A DNA stretch of 64,000 bases from Planctomycetota bacterium (GCA_027001995.1 JALTLO010000197.1:31299-95298), one strand, 5' to 3'. Shown: positions 46,673 to 57,041, counted from the stretch's first letter. The notes: generated by a model not told the origin, from the letters alone. Numbers and translations are program-made.

Positions 46673-49060
46673 ATGAACCTCATGTCGTGGATAGACAAAC
46701 GTCAGCAATGGTGGAAGGTCTTTGTCATCATCTTCACCATCAGCATCAGTGTCGTGGGATATATTGGTTATCAGACTTACGAATATGCTCCCCCTCTCGC
46801 TGATTTCCGCTCCGACACCGGTGAGCTTGTTTTTTCTGGCAAAGCCATCACGGATGGTCAACAAATCTTTCTGCGTTATGGGCTTATGGACTATGGAACT
46901 TTCTTAGGCGACGGAGCACTTCGGGGCCCAGATTTCACGGCGGAGGCTCTTAATCGCGCAGCCAAGGCGATGAACAAGTTTCATGAGGCTGAGTGGTTGG
47001 AGAAGATGCCTGACGAGGAGAATCGAAAGGTCATTGTTCAATCACTTGTGCAGGCTGAGATCAAAGAAAACCGCTACGACGAAGTCAGCAACACAGTGAC
47101 TCTGACGAAGGCTCAGGTTGCGGCCTGGGAGGACTTGCTTCAATTTAATACTGAGAGGTTTGCCGAGGGCGGTCCTTTGGCGGGCAAGGAAGCCTTTAAG
47201 CCGGAAAACTACATCACTGACCCACAAGAAATCGCGGATCTCACGGCTTTCTTCTTTTGGGGTGGGTGGCTCTGCGGGGCGGAGCGGCCAGGCTTTGACT
47301 ACAGCTATACCCAGAATTGGCCTTTTGATCCTCTTGCTGGCAACGCTCCCGCTGCGGGGGTGATGTTCTGGAGCGTGATTGGCGGGTTGGTATTGATTCT
47401 ATCCATGGGGCTTGTGTTCTACTTGTACGGCAAGCTCGATCGGGAATCTGTTTTTGAAGCTCAAGAATCCAAGACGCCACCGATGACAACAATCGAGGAC
47501 ATCGATCGGGCGCGCCCGACGCAGACACAACGAGCATGCTACAAATTTATGGCCGTAGCTTCGCTCTTGTTCTTGGTGCAAATTCTCGCGGGACTCATGG
47601 CCATCTCAGATTTCGTCGGGCTCTTCGACAACATCGGTATTGATCTGACGGCCATTTTTCCTGTGACAGTGACCCGGGCATGGCATTCTCAAATTTCTGT
47701 TCTTTGGATTGCTGTTTGTTGGTTTGCTGCTTCTATTTGGGTGTTGCCCCTCATTTGCCGGCCTGAACCCAAGAATCAGTTGGCATGGATTAACGGCTTG
47801 TTTTGGATGCTTGTGATTGTGGCTTTGGGAACTGCCATTGGGATTCCCTTGGGTGTTCACGGCTTTTTCGGTGACATGTGGCGTTGGTTCGGGAATCAAG
47901 GCTGGGAGTTCATGCAGTTGGGTAGAGTGTTTCAATACTTGCTCTACGCCGCTTTTGTCGTCTGGTTTGTCATTGTCTATCGCGGACTGTGGCCAGTGCT
48001 ACGAAGACGAGAAAGTTGGTCTTTGCCGAATTGGATGATCTACTCCATTGCGGGTATCATCTTCATGTTTACTGCTGGCTTCGTGGCGAATACGGATACG
48101 AATTTTGTCATCGCCGATTTTTGGCGTTGGTGCACAATCCACATGTGGGTGGAAGCATTCTTTGAGCTATTTACCACCGTCCTTTTGGCTTACTTCCTCT
48201 ACATCATGGGCTTCGTCAGTCACATGGTGGCGGCACGGGTCGTGTATCTCTCAGCGATCCTCTTCCTTGGTTCGGGTCTCATTGGTATTAGCCACAACTT
48301 CTACTGGAATGCGAAATCTGTTGAGACATTGGCCTTGGGTGGTGTGCTCTCGACCTTGCAAATTACTCCACTTGTGTTGTTGACTGTGGAAGCGTGGAAG
48401 TTCAGGCACATGCCTCAAAGTCGTATCGCGCAAATGAAGAAGAAGAGCGGCAAGGATGCGATCTTTGGGCTTGGGGACGCATTTCTTTTCTTGGTTGGTG
48501 TGAACTTCTGGAATTTCATGGGTGCCGGTGTCCTTGGGTTCATGATCAATTTGCCAATCGTAAATTACTACCAACATGCTACCTACCTCACGGTCAATCA
48601 TGGGCATGCAGCACTCTTTGGTGTTTATGGCAACTTGGCGATTGCATCCATGTTGTTTTGTGGCAGATGGGTCATCAAGCCAGAGAAATGGAATGGACGT
48701 CTGGTGAGGCGCGCATTCTGGTGGCTCAATCTCGGTTTGGTTCTGATGCTTATTATGGACTTGTTCCCAGTTGGCGTTCATCAACTTTGGACTGTGATGG
48801 ATGAAGGCTATGCTTTCGCCCGATCCCAAGATTACATTCATGGCGAGATGTTTCAGCGGTTCACATGGCTGAGAGGTTTTGGCGTGGCCGCCTTTACCTT
48901 TGGCGGAGTCTTGCCCTTGGTGTGGTTCATGGTGACACGGTGGTTCCATTTGAAACCAAGAAGCGAAATCGAAGTGGAACCCTTTGTGGTACCGCCCACT
49001 GTCTTGGCTGTTATGCCTGGGACCAAAGGGGACAAGAATGGGGAGGAACCGGGAGTTTAG
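46673..49060 (+). CDS. nod: qNOR-family nitric oxide reductase homolog with NO dismutase (Nod)-type substitutions
   Basis: qNOR motifs GDGALRGPDFTA, YTQNWPFD, RAWH338, H490MWVE494, NH643GH645; but SH541N542 instead of HH, STLQ563 instead of SALE, quinol-site His/Asp absent. Confidence 0.85.
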   Translation: MNLMSWIDKRQQWWKVFVIIFTISISVVGYIGYQTYEYAPPLADFRSDTGELVFSGKAITDGQQIFLRYGLMDYGTFLGDGALRGPDFTAEALNRAAKAMNKFHEAEWLEKMPDEENRKVIVQSLVQAEIKENRYDEVSNTVTLTKAQVAAWEDLLQFNTERFAEGGPLAGKEAFKPENYITDPQEIADLTAFFFWGGWLCGAERPGFDYSYTQNWPFDPLAGNAPAAGVMFWSVIGGLVLILSMGLVFYLYGKLDRESVFEAQESKTPPMTTIEDIDRARPTQTQRACYKFMAVASLLFLVQILAGLMAISDFVGLFDNIGIDLTAIFPVTVTRAWHSQISVLWIAVCWFAASIWVLPLICRPEPKNQLAWINGLFWMLVIVALGTAIGIPLGVHGFFGDMWRWFGNQGWEFMQLGRVFQYLLYAAFVVWFVIVYRGLWPVLRRRESWSLPNWMIYSIAGIIFMFTAGFVANTDTNFVIADFWRWCTIHMWVEAFFELFTTVLLAYFLYIMGFVSHMVAARVVYLSAILFLGSGLIGISHNFYWNAKSVETLALGGVLSTLQITPLVLLTVEAWKFRHMPQSRIAQMKKKSGKDAIFGLGDAFLFLVGVNFWNFMGAGVLGFMINLPIVNYYQHATYLTVNHGHAALFGVYGNLAIASMLFCGRWVIKPEKWNGRLVRRAFWWLNLGLVLMLIMDLFPVGVHQLWTVMDEGYAFARSQDYIHGEMFQRFTWLRGFGVAAFTFGGVLPLVWFMVTRWFHLKPRSEIEVEPFVVPPTVLAVMPGTKGDKNGEEPGV

Positions 49061-49345
49061 CCCGACTCACCTCAGAGACTTTGGTGCCCCAGCCATGTGG
49101 CCAGGAATTCGGATTGGATGTGGTAAGTGCAAAATACTGCCATGATGTGTCTACTTTTGGATACTCTTGATCTCCGAATTAGGCCACTCGATTGTGCCTG
49201 ACTTTTTACTATTTGTGTCGTTAACCTGTTAAATATCAGTATGTTATGGGTTGTGTTTGATGTTGGCATGGCGTGTGCGAAGGGAAAGGGGATGACAAAA
49301 AGCTGTCGTCGCAATAGTTCCGTTTCTCTCGAAAGGAGACGTTCC

Positions 49346-49729
49346 ATGACGATCAAGACATTCCTCAGCACCGCAGCCTTCGCATTACTTCTCACGGCGC
49401 TTTCCACTCCAGCCAGCGCCCAGAGCTTTGGTGCCAGTTTTGGAGGTCATGACGGTGGATTCAGTATCAGCATCGGGGGCCACGGAGGAGGCTACTACAA
49501 TAGCTACGGTGGGAACTACGGCGGAAGTCATGGCTATTCCTGGAACCGAGGTCACAATTCCTATTCCGGCGGCCACAATTCCTACTATCGCCCCAGCTAC
49601 AACCGCCACTATTCGAGTCGTCCAAGCCACCGCAGGAGTTATCGTTCGCGAAGTCACAGTCGTTCAACGTATCGGCCTCGCCACGGATCCTACCGATCGT
49701 CGTACAATCGTCACGGTCGCAGACACTGA
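49346..49729 (+). CDS. Small secreted Gly/His/Tyr/Arg-rich low-complexity protein
   Basis: AGGAG RBS, signal peptide ending ASA-Q, GHNSY repeats, Arg/Ser/His-rich tail. Confidence 0.78.
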   Translation: MTIKTFLSTAAFALLLTALSTPASAQSFGASFGGHDGGFSISIGGHGGGYYNSYGGNYGGSHGYSWNRGHNSYSGGHNSYYRPSYNRHYSSRPSHRRSYRSRSHSRSTYRPRHGSYRSSYNRHGRRH

Positions 49730-49784
49730 TCTGACCTCAGCCGACTTTCTCTCATTGTAGATTTGGTCCGTGCGCTCAGAAACC

Positions 49785-49827
49785 AAAGCCTCCTTGCACC
49801 TATAATCTTAGGTCAAGGAGGCTTTTC
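49785..49827 (+). terminator. Intrinsic terminator
   Basis: AAAGCCTCCTTG..ACCTA-taatct-TAGGT..CAAGGAGGCTTT-T downstream of 49729. Confidence 0.75.
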
Positions 49828-49956
49828 TCGTGCCAAAGTGGATGAGCCCATTGCGCCTACCGAACATGTCGAGTCTTCTTTTTTCCTAGGGCCAATAAAC
49901 TTGAGAATAGGTGTATCATTCATCTGGTCTGTGACTTCGTTGAGATTGGAGACGAG

Positions 49957-51276
49957 ATGTTTGATGAAACACGGAGGCGATTCGTTGCCGCTTTAGGAAT
50001 GTTTGGGGTGGCCTCTGCGAGTTCCGGAAATCCTCTTTCAGGAGTATCCGGCTCAACCCAAGAAGAGCAGGAAGAAAAACGCAAGAAGAAACAGAAAATG
50101 AAGGGGATGAAGAGTGGCCAGGAACATGGCAAGTCCATGGACACCATGATGAATCCTCTCGAAGATCGTTTTCCGCGCAATGATCCAACAATTGCTCTTT
50201 CGAAGCCGCCCAAGCTTATGGGGCGTCAAATGGGCCGGATCGAGACTCCCGGGATTGAACCACTTGGATTCGAGATGGATGGTTCGGTGAAGGTATTTCA
50301 TCTTATTGCACAACCGGTGGAGAAAGTGATTTCGAGTGGGATGTCTATGTCTCAGGTCGATCAGCGGATGAACATCCCCAAGCCGTTTCAGCGTTTTCGC
50401 CCAAGACCAAGCCAACCGAAGAAAATGGTTTGCTGGGGTTACAACGGAACCACTTGCGGGCCAACTTTGGAGGCGACGGAAGGCGAGCGCGTTCGTATTG
50501 TGTTCAAGAACGAATTGCCAGAACCAACATCGATTCACTGGCACGGGTTTGAAATTCCATTCTCTGAAGATGGTGCCTCGGGATATTTCCCCTTTGAGGC
50601 CCGACGTCCGGTCTTGCCTGGGGAGACAGATGTCTATGAGTTTGACCTCATCCAATCGGGAACGCTCATGTATCACACTGGCTTCAATGTCATGAAGCAG
50701 GAGGGGATGGGAGTCTCTGGCATGTTCGTGATTCACCCGAAGAAGGAAGAGCAACCCCCTGACCATGATTTTGCCATCATGTTGCAGCAGTGGAGCTTTC
50801 GTCCAGGAAATCCGAATCCCGATGTTGTTCCCATGGAGCCGACCTTTGCCACTTTCAATGGTCTCACCGCACCTGATATCCCCATGCTGGAAGTTAAGCA
50901 AGGGGATCGGGTTCGCATTCGATTCGGAAACCTCAGCCTCCTGTATCACCCGATCCACATTCACGGTCACATTTTTGAAATCGTTGGGACCATTGGCGGT
51001 TCGATTCCAAGAGCAGCCCGAATGAGAGAAGCGACGGTCACCATTGGACCAGGAGAGACTCGGGATATCGAATTCGTCGCCTGGAATCCTGGGACCTGGA
51101 GAATGCACTGTCATGTCTTGCATCATCTGATGAACCAGATGGCCGATCAACCTATGGGAATCGCTCCTCCCGAAGGCATGTTCACTCACATGAATGTGCG
51201 TCCCAAAGACCCTGGCTATGATCCAAAAGACCGAAAAGCCAACTGGAGCTATCCACCAAAGGAAGAGAGGATCTAA
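49957..51276 (+). CDS. Two-domain multicopper oxidase-family protein (Tat-exported)
   Basis: TRRRF Tat motif, Met-rich N-terminus, IHWHG, MYHTG, HPIHIHGH, WRMHCHVLHH..M. Confidence 0.9.
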   Translation: MFDETRRRFVAALGMFGVASASSGNPLSGVSGSTQEEQEEKRKKKQKMKGMKSGQEHGKSMDTMMNPLEDRFPRNDPTIALSKPPKLMGRQMGRIETPGIEPLGFEMDGSVKVFHLIAQPVEKVISSGMSMSQVDQRMNIPKPFQRFRPRPSQPKKMVCWGYNGTTCGPTLEATEGERVRIVFKNELPEPTSIHWHGFEIPFSEDGASGYFPFEARRPVLPGETDVYEFDLIQSGTLMYHTGFNVMKQEGMGVSGMFVIHPKKEEQPPDHDFAIMLQQWSFRPGNPNPDVVPMEPTFATFNGLTAPDIPMLEVKQGDRVRIRFGNLSLLYHPIHIHGHIFEIVGTIGGSIPRAARMREATVTIGPGETRDIEFVAWNPGTWRMHCHVLHHLMNQMADQPMGIAPPEGMFTHMNVRPKDPGYDPKDRKANWSYPPKEERI

Positions 51277-51278
51277 CA

Positions 51279-52637
51279 GTGAAGAATCTCAGTTGTTTGA
51301 TTTTGCTCGTCCTGTCCGGGTGCGTGGCCGTCGATCCCGCGCCATCATGGCGTCGTGTTCATGAGCTAAGCGAAGAGCGTATTGACGCCGACACTGTTTG
51401 GATTCGCTCGGACGATGAAGCTCAATTGGTTGAGCAAACCGTTGAGGCGATGTTGAAGGATGGTCTGACCCGGGACGAGAGTCTACGAATAGCAGTCCTT
51501 AAGAACCTTCGACTGCAAGCTCGCTTTAACGATCTCGGCGTGGCCACGGCGGCTGTTGTTGAAGCATCGTTACCAACGAACCCAACACTTGATGGTTGGT
51601 TAGGTCTTCCCGGGCGGTCCGGTGCGAGTTCTTTAGGGTTGGTCGCTTGGCTATCCGACCTTTGGATCATTCCTCAACGAAGCGCCGTTGCTGAACTCAT
51701 GGCACAACGTACAGAATACGTTGTCACGATTGACATCATGAACACGGCGATCCGTGGAGCCTCCTCGTGGGATCGTCTTGTGGCAGCGCAACAAGCATTA
51801 GGCATGACTCAGGAGCTGCTACAGGTGCGTCGAGATCATGCTCAACGGGTTGCCATACGTTTTGCTCATGGGCTTGATGATTCTGCTACCTTAGATGAGG
51901 CTAAAGCTATGGTGGCGGAAGAACAGGTTGCCTTGCAAAAGGCGAAGCAGGATCTGACCCAGGCCCGGACCAATATGTCGGCGATCCTGGCAACTCCTGA
52001 AGTTTGGCGACATGTCCCTTCAAACGCCTCCCTCTCTCCAACTCCGTCTCCAAAAATGCAAGTGAGCGATTCGATCGAATTCGGCATGTCCAACAGGTTG
52101 GACTTGCTTGCTGGGCGGGTAGAGGTCGAGCAAGCGACGCGAGCCGTCGGTTTGGAAGATGCCCTTATCTGGCGATCTGTTTCTCTTGGTACTAACAAGG
52201 AAGGGCAATTCTCTCGGGTCTACGACTCGAATGTTGAGGCTGACGAGTCATTTGGGCCGACGATTTCTATTGAGATACCCATTTTCAATCAGAATCAGGC
52301 TGGGCGAGCTGCTGCATCATTCGAGCTTCAACGGGCAATCAAACTGCTTGATGCGGCTCGGGTGCGGGCAACAAAGGAAATTGTAGATTCTTTTCAGCGC
52401 TATGAAAACTCGAATGAGAGTTTGCGAAATCTGGAAGAAATTGCTCGACCTGCCATTGTGTCTCGGCTCAAGTACATGGAAGAGTGGAACCTGAAAATGC
52501 AGGTGCCATTTCTGGAGGTGCTCGCCGCCCGCGAAAAACTCATAGCTGTAGATATGGAAATCAATATGGTGCGCGAAGAAAGAAACAACAGTTGGCGGGA
52601 GCTTGAGTTCGCAACCAAGGGCGGTGAAAAGCGGTAG
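51279..52637 (+). CDS. TolC-family outer membrane lipoprotein (copper-resistance associated)
   Basis: GTG start, LSG-C lipobox, AVLKNLRLQA, LPTNPTL, IEIPIFNQNQ. Confidence 0.85.
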   Translation: MKNLSCLILLVLSGCVAVDPAPSWRRVHELSEERIDADTVWIRSDDEAQLVEQTVEAMLKDGLTRDESLRIAVLKNLRLQARFNDLGVATAAVVEASLPTNPTLDGWLGLPGRSGASSLGLVAWLSDLWIIPQRSAVAELMAQRTEYVVTIDIMNTAIRGASSWDRLVAAQQALGMTQELLQVRRDHAQRVAIRFAHGLDDSATLDEAKAMVAEEQVALQKAKQDLTQARTNMSAILATPEVWRHVPSNASLSPTPSPKMQVSDSIEFGMSNRLDLLAGRVEVEQATRAVGLEDALIWRSVSLGTNKEGQFSRVYDSNVEADESFGPTISIEIPIFNQNQAGRAAASFELQRAIKLLDAARVRATKEIVDSFQRYENSNESLRNLEEIARPAIVSRLKYMEEWNLKMQVPFLEVLAAREKLIAVDMEINMVREERNNSWRELEFATKGGEKR

Positions 52638-52809
52638 CCAAGGAAAGGCCACCTTCCCCTCCCCGCAGGGCTTCAACTCTATTATTTTCGAGTTGTTCCC
52701 CCGTGGAGATTCACTTCTCTCAATAAGATGCGAATATTTTACCGCCCTCTGTCGTTGGAGTGATGAAGGCAATGCCCTTACAAGTTCTGAAACTCTCAAG
52801 GAAGTTCTG

Positions 52810-53709
<900 letters not shown>

Positions 53710-53714
53710 TCCCC

Positions 53715-55487
53715 ATGTCGAACCGCGTCGCACTCGTCTGTGGTTTTCTGTTCATGCTCGTCGTCACGTCTTCTTGTTTTGGACAAGTGAGTCCAGAGGA
53801 GCATAAGAAGCATCACCCGAAGCAAAATGCTCAAAATGCTGATAGCTCTGAATCTCCGACCAAATCCGGGGGTATGATGGGCGGAGGCGGCATGGGTGGC
53901 ATGATGAAGAAAATGGGGGTGCCACCCCCTAAGGATCTCTATCCTTCGTTGATGGCCATTCGCCATCTGAGCGAAAAGGAACGCAAGAGCTTGGAGTCTG
54001 AAGCTCACGAGCGCATGCGGACCGGTGCTAATCTCTTAGGTCTTGGTTTGAGCGATTTGTCCCGCCTAGCGGCAAGCGATGATTTTCAGAGTATGGAAAA
54101 GGCCGTGGGCGTCATGAAGGAAGGCGTAGCTGAATTCGAAAGTGGCTTGGCAACTCACCGGGCTCTGGTGGAAGGGAAAGTTCCCTCCAAGGTCGCCCTG
54201 CGCTGGTTCAAGGATGAGATGAACTTGGCTACAGTCTCTTCTTCTCCTGATTCGGACGGCCTCTTCGGGTTGAGTTATTTTCATCTGTTTATGATGTCCC
54301 TTCTTACGCTTTTTGCCGTGGCGATGATCGGCATGTACTTCTCTAAGATGAAGAGAGCGAACGAACTTCTATCGCGGTTGTCCAAGGTCCCGGTTCCTCC
54401 TGCTCGAACAGATTCGGAAGAAGGGATGAAGCCGAAATCTCAATCGAGTCAGCCAGTCGCTTGGCCAGAAGAACTCACTGTTGTTGAGAAATTCGACGAA
54501 ACGAAATCGGTGTCAACCTTTCGCCTGGCGGACCACCGCAACTCTTGTCTTGTGTTGCCATTTCTCGCAGGGCAGTTCTTGACTATCGAAGTTGAGATCG
54601 ACGGCAAGAAAGTGCGTCGGAGCTATACCATCTCTTCTTCTCCATCGCGGCCCTATGTAGAGTTGACAGTCAAAAGGGAAGAGCATGGATTGGTCTCCGC
54701 CTATCTCCATAAGACATGGAAGCCGGGGGAGAAAATTCGCGTTTTGCCAGCGAGTGGGCAGTTTACATTCGATAGCGAAAAACATGACAGTATCGTTCTT
54801 GTGTCTGGAGGAGTTGGCGCAACGCCGATGATGAGTGTGGCTCGAGACCTCACAGAGAGATCGTGGACCGGAGAAATCTTTTATGTTCATTGCGCCAAAA
54901 ATCTGGATGACTTGATTTTTCGAGATGAGCTAGAGCAGATGGCTGCACGATTCTCGAATTTTCACTTAATCATCACTTTGACCGGCGAAACTCGTAAGAA
55001 GTGGAAGGGGCGGAAAGGTCGGTTCTCGGCTGAGATGTTCACCGAAGCGATTCCCGACCTTGTCAGTCGACAGGTGCACATCTGCGGGCCGAATCCGATG
55101 ATGGACGCGGTCTCTCAGCTACTCGATGATCTCAAGGTTCCGAAGGATCAGGTCCACAAAGAAGCATTTGGCGCTCCTAAGAAGAAGCAAGAAAAAGAAC
55201 CGAAGGTTTCTGGAAAAGCGAGTGCCGATCCCCGCGTTGAATTTGCTGCCTCGAAAAAGAGCGGCACGATGAAAGGGCATGAAACGGTTTTGGATCTTGC
55301 CGACGCCATTGGCGTTGAGATCGAGAATTCTTGCCGAACTGGAATTTGTGGCGCTTGCAGTGTGAAACTTGTCGCCGGTGAAGTCACCATGGAAGTTGAT
55401 GATGCTTTGTCTGAGGAAGACAAAACTGCTGGCATCATTCTCGCTTGCCAATCTCAACCTAGAACGGATCTGAAAGTCGATGCCTAA
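53715..55487 (+). CDS. Membrane-anchored FAD/NAD(P)H ferredoxin reductase + 2Fe-2S ferredoxin, with His/Met-rich exported N-terminal domain
   Basis: Signal peptide, EEHKKHHP, GGMMGG, one TM, RRSYTISS, GLVSAYL, GGVGATP, CGP, CRTGICGAC..LAC. Confidence 0.88.
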   Translation: MSNRVALVCGFLFMLVVTSSCFGQVSPEEHKKHHPKQNAQNADSSESPTKSGGMMGGGGMGGMMKKMGVPPPKDLYPSLMAIRHLSEKERKSLESEAHERMRTGANLLGLGLSDLSRLAASDDFQSMEKAVGVMKEGVAEFESGLATHRALVEGKVPSKVALRWFKDEMNLATVSSSPDSDGLFGLSYFHLFMMSLLTLFAVAMIGMYFSKMKRANELLSRLSKVPVPPARTDSEEGMKPKSQSSQPVAWPEELTVVEKFDETKSVSTFRLADHRNSCLVLPFLAGQFLTIEVEIDGKKVRRSYTISSSPSRPYVELTVKREEHGLVSAYLHKTWKPGEKIRVLPASGQFTFDSEKHDSIVLVSGGVGATPMMSVARDLTERSWTGEIFYVHCAKNLDDLIFRDELEQMAARFSNFHLIITLTGETRKKWKGRKGRFSAEMFTEAIPDLVSRQVHICGPNPMMDAVSQLLDDLKVPKDQVHKEAFGAPKKKQEKEPKVSGKASADPRVEFAASKKSGTMKGHETVLDLADAIGVEIENSCRTGICGACSVKLVAGEVTMEVDDALSEEDKTAGIILACQSQPRTDLKVDA

Positions 55488-56253
55488 GGATCTAAAGGAA
55501 AGAGAGCGCCTCGTTGTTACCGGCCTCACCGTCATTTTTCTCATCTTGTGGTTGGGTTTCGTTTTTCACCAATCACCGAGATTCGCTGGGAGCCTCCTGG
55601 GGAGTCTCATCGGCATAGTTGGATCCTTGTTGATGCTTGTGCCTCTTGCGTATGTGGCCATCAAGAGAATCAAACGCTTGAAAAAGTTCGTCACTGCCAA
55701 ATTCTCGATGCGTACACTTCTGGCATGGCACATCTATAGTGGGATCTTAGGACCTATTCTGGTCTTGATTCACACGGGGCACAAATTCGAGAGTACTCTT
55801 GGTAGCCTTCTGACTCTGATGACAATTGTTGTGGTGGTGAGTGGTTTCGTTGGGCGCTATCTGATGCGGCAATTGAGCCAAGGTATCAAAGAGAAGAAAA
55901 GCAAACGGAGTGAACTCGAGGCCGCATATGCTGCCAAGGCTCAAACTCTCAGTGCAAGAGGGAGCAGCTCAGGTCGCAGTATTGCGGGGATCTCTAAGTT
56001 TCGCTTTCGGCTAGTGAGTTGGTTCTTTGACAAGGACGATGTTTTGGATCCTGAATTGAGAGCCACTGTTGAGGCCGTTCAAATCTCGGATGCTCTGGCT
56101 GACGTTGAGTATGCTCTGAAGAGTCATGAGATCATCAAAGCCTTCTTTTCTCGGTGGTTGAAGTTTCACATCGCCTTAAGTTTGCTTCTCTATGGATTGT
56201 TAGCTCTTCATGTGGCCAGTGGTTTCTATTTTGGGATGAGGTGGTTGCAATGA
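55480..56253 (+). CDS. Ferric-reductase-like integral membrane protein (putative di-heme b)
   Basis: Several TM helices; two His pairs spaced 14 apart (HIYSGILGPILVLIH, HIALSLLLYGLLALH); overlaps both neighbours. Confidence 0.72.
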   Translation: MPKDLKERERLVVTGLTVIFLILWLGFVFHQSPRFAGSLLGSLIGIVGSLLMLVPLAYVAIKRIKRLKKFVTAKFSMRTLLAWHIYSGILGPILVLIHTGHKFESTLGSLLTLMTIVVVVSGFVGRYLMRQLSQGIKEKKSKRSELEAAYAAKAQTLSARGSSSGRSIAGISKFRFRLVSWFFDKDDVLDPELRATVEAVQISDALADVEYALKSHEIIKAFFSRWLKFHIALSLLLYGLLALHVASGFYFGMRWLQ

Positions 56254-57041
56254 ATTGGACGGCATCCAAACTATTCTTCTTGTCGACAATCAGTGTTGCC
56301 GTCTTTTGGATTGCTGTGCCAAGCGACTCCAAGAGTGAGTTCTTCTTCTCGGTCACCGACCCCGGTCCTATTTCGCCAGCACATCATAGCTTCGCGGATG
56401 ATTGCAACGCTTGCCATGAAGCCTGGCGCGGCGTTGATTCCACAAAGTGTATTCTATGTCACGCGAATGACCGCGATCTATTACAGCGTCAGTCAACGTC
56501 CTTTCATGCTGACATCGGAAACTGCCAAAGTTGTCATCCGCAACATCTATCAGTGAATGGATCATCTTCAGCGATGGATCATGAGGTGCTCGCCCGTGTT
56601 GGCAAGGAACAACTCACTCATATGGTTCACGATGAAACCGCTAAGAGAATGAGCCAGACACTTGATTCTTGGATCACGAGTCCATCGGCGGAATCGCCGT
56701 CATTAGAGGTGGCCGCCGGGGTAACGCCTGTGGAAGCAACTTTGGAATGCTCCGCATGTCATCTGAACGAAGATGTTCATTTCGGTTTGATGGGCAAGAA
56801 CTGTGTTGCCTGCCATAGGACGGAAAAGTGGAGCGTTGATTCTTTCAAACATCCATCTGCCAGTTCGAGAAGTTGTTCTCAGTGCCATCAGGCTCCTCCT
56901 AGTCACTATATGGGGCATTTCAAAATGATCTCAGCAAAGGTAGCTGGCAAGCCTAAGGCAAAGGTACGTCAATGCTTTGCCTGTCATCAGACAAATTCTT
57001 GGATCGACATAAAGGGTGTTGGTCTTTACAAGCATCATTGA
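56250..57041 (+). CDS. Multiheme cytochrome c (7 CxxCH)
   Basis: CNACH, CILCH, CQSCH, CSACH, CVACH, CSQCH, CFACH; N-terminal signal/anchor, PGPISPAH; ATGA overlap. Confidence 0.9.
   Translation: MNWTASKLFFLSTISVAVFWIAVPSDSKSEFFFSVTDPGPISPAHHSFADDCNACHEAWRGVDSTKCILCHANDRDLLQRQSTSFHADIGNCQSCHPQHLSVNGSSSAMDHEVLARVGKEQLTHMVHDETAKRMSQTLDSWITSPSAESPSLEVAAGVTPVEATLECSACHLNEDVHFGLMGKNCVACHRTEKWSVDSFKHPSASSRSCSQCHQAPPSHYMGHFKMISAKVAGKPKAKVRQCFACHQTNSWIDIKGVGLYKHH

Noticed and set aside
48251..48949. 232-aa antisense ORF
   Set aside because: Lies wholly opposite the conserved core of the Nod-like gene; no independent coding evidence
46673..49060. cbb3/aa3 cytochrome oxidase subunit I or ordinary qNOR
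   Set aside because: Has HMWVE (Glu, no cross-link Tyr) and the qNOR N-terminal domain, and lacks the HH pair and quinol residues of canonical qNOR
50053..51189. 378-aa antisense ORF
   Set aside because: Shadow of the multicopper oxidase; no motifs
49957..51276. NirK copper nitrite reductase supplying NO to the Nod-like enzyme
   Set aside because: The type 1 Cys is in the C-terminal HCH motif as in MCOs, NirK motifs are absent, and the context is copper resistance
52603..52809. N-terminal extension of the Met-rich protein ORF
   Set aside because: Overlaps the TolC end; the signal peptide starts at 52810
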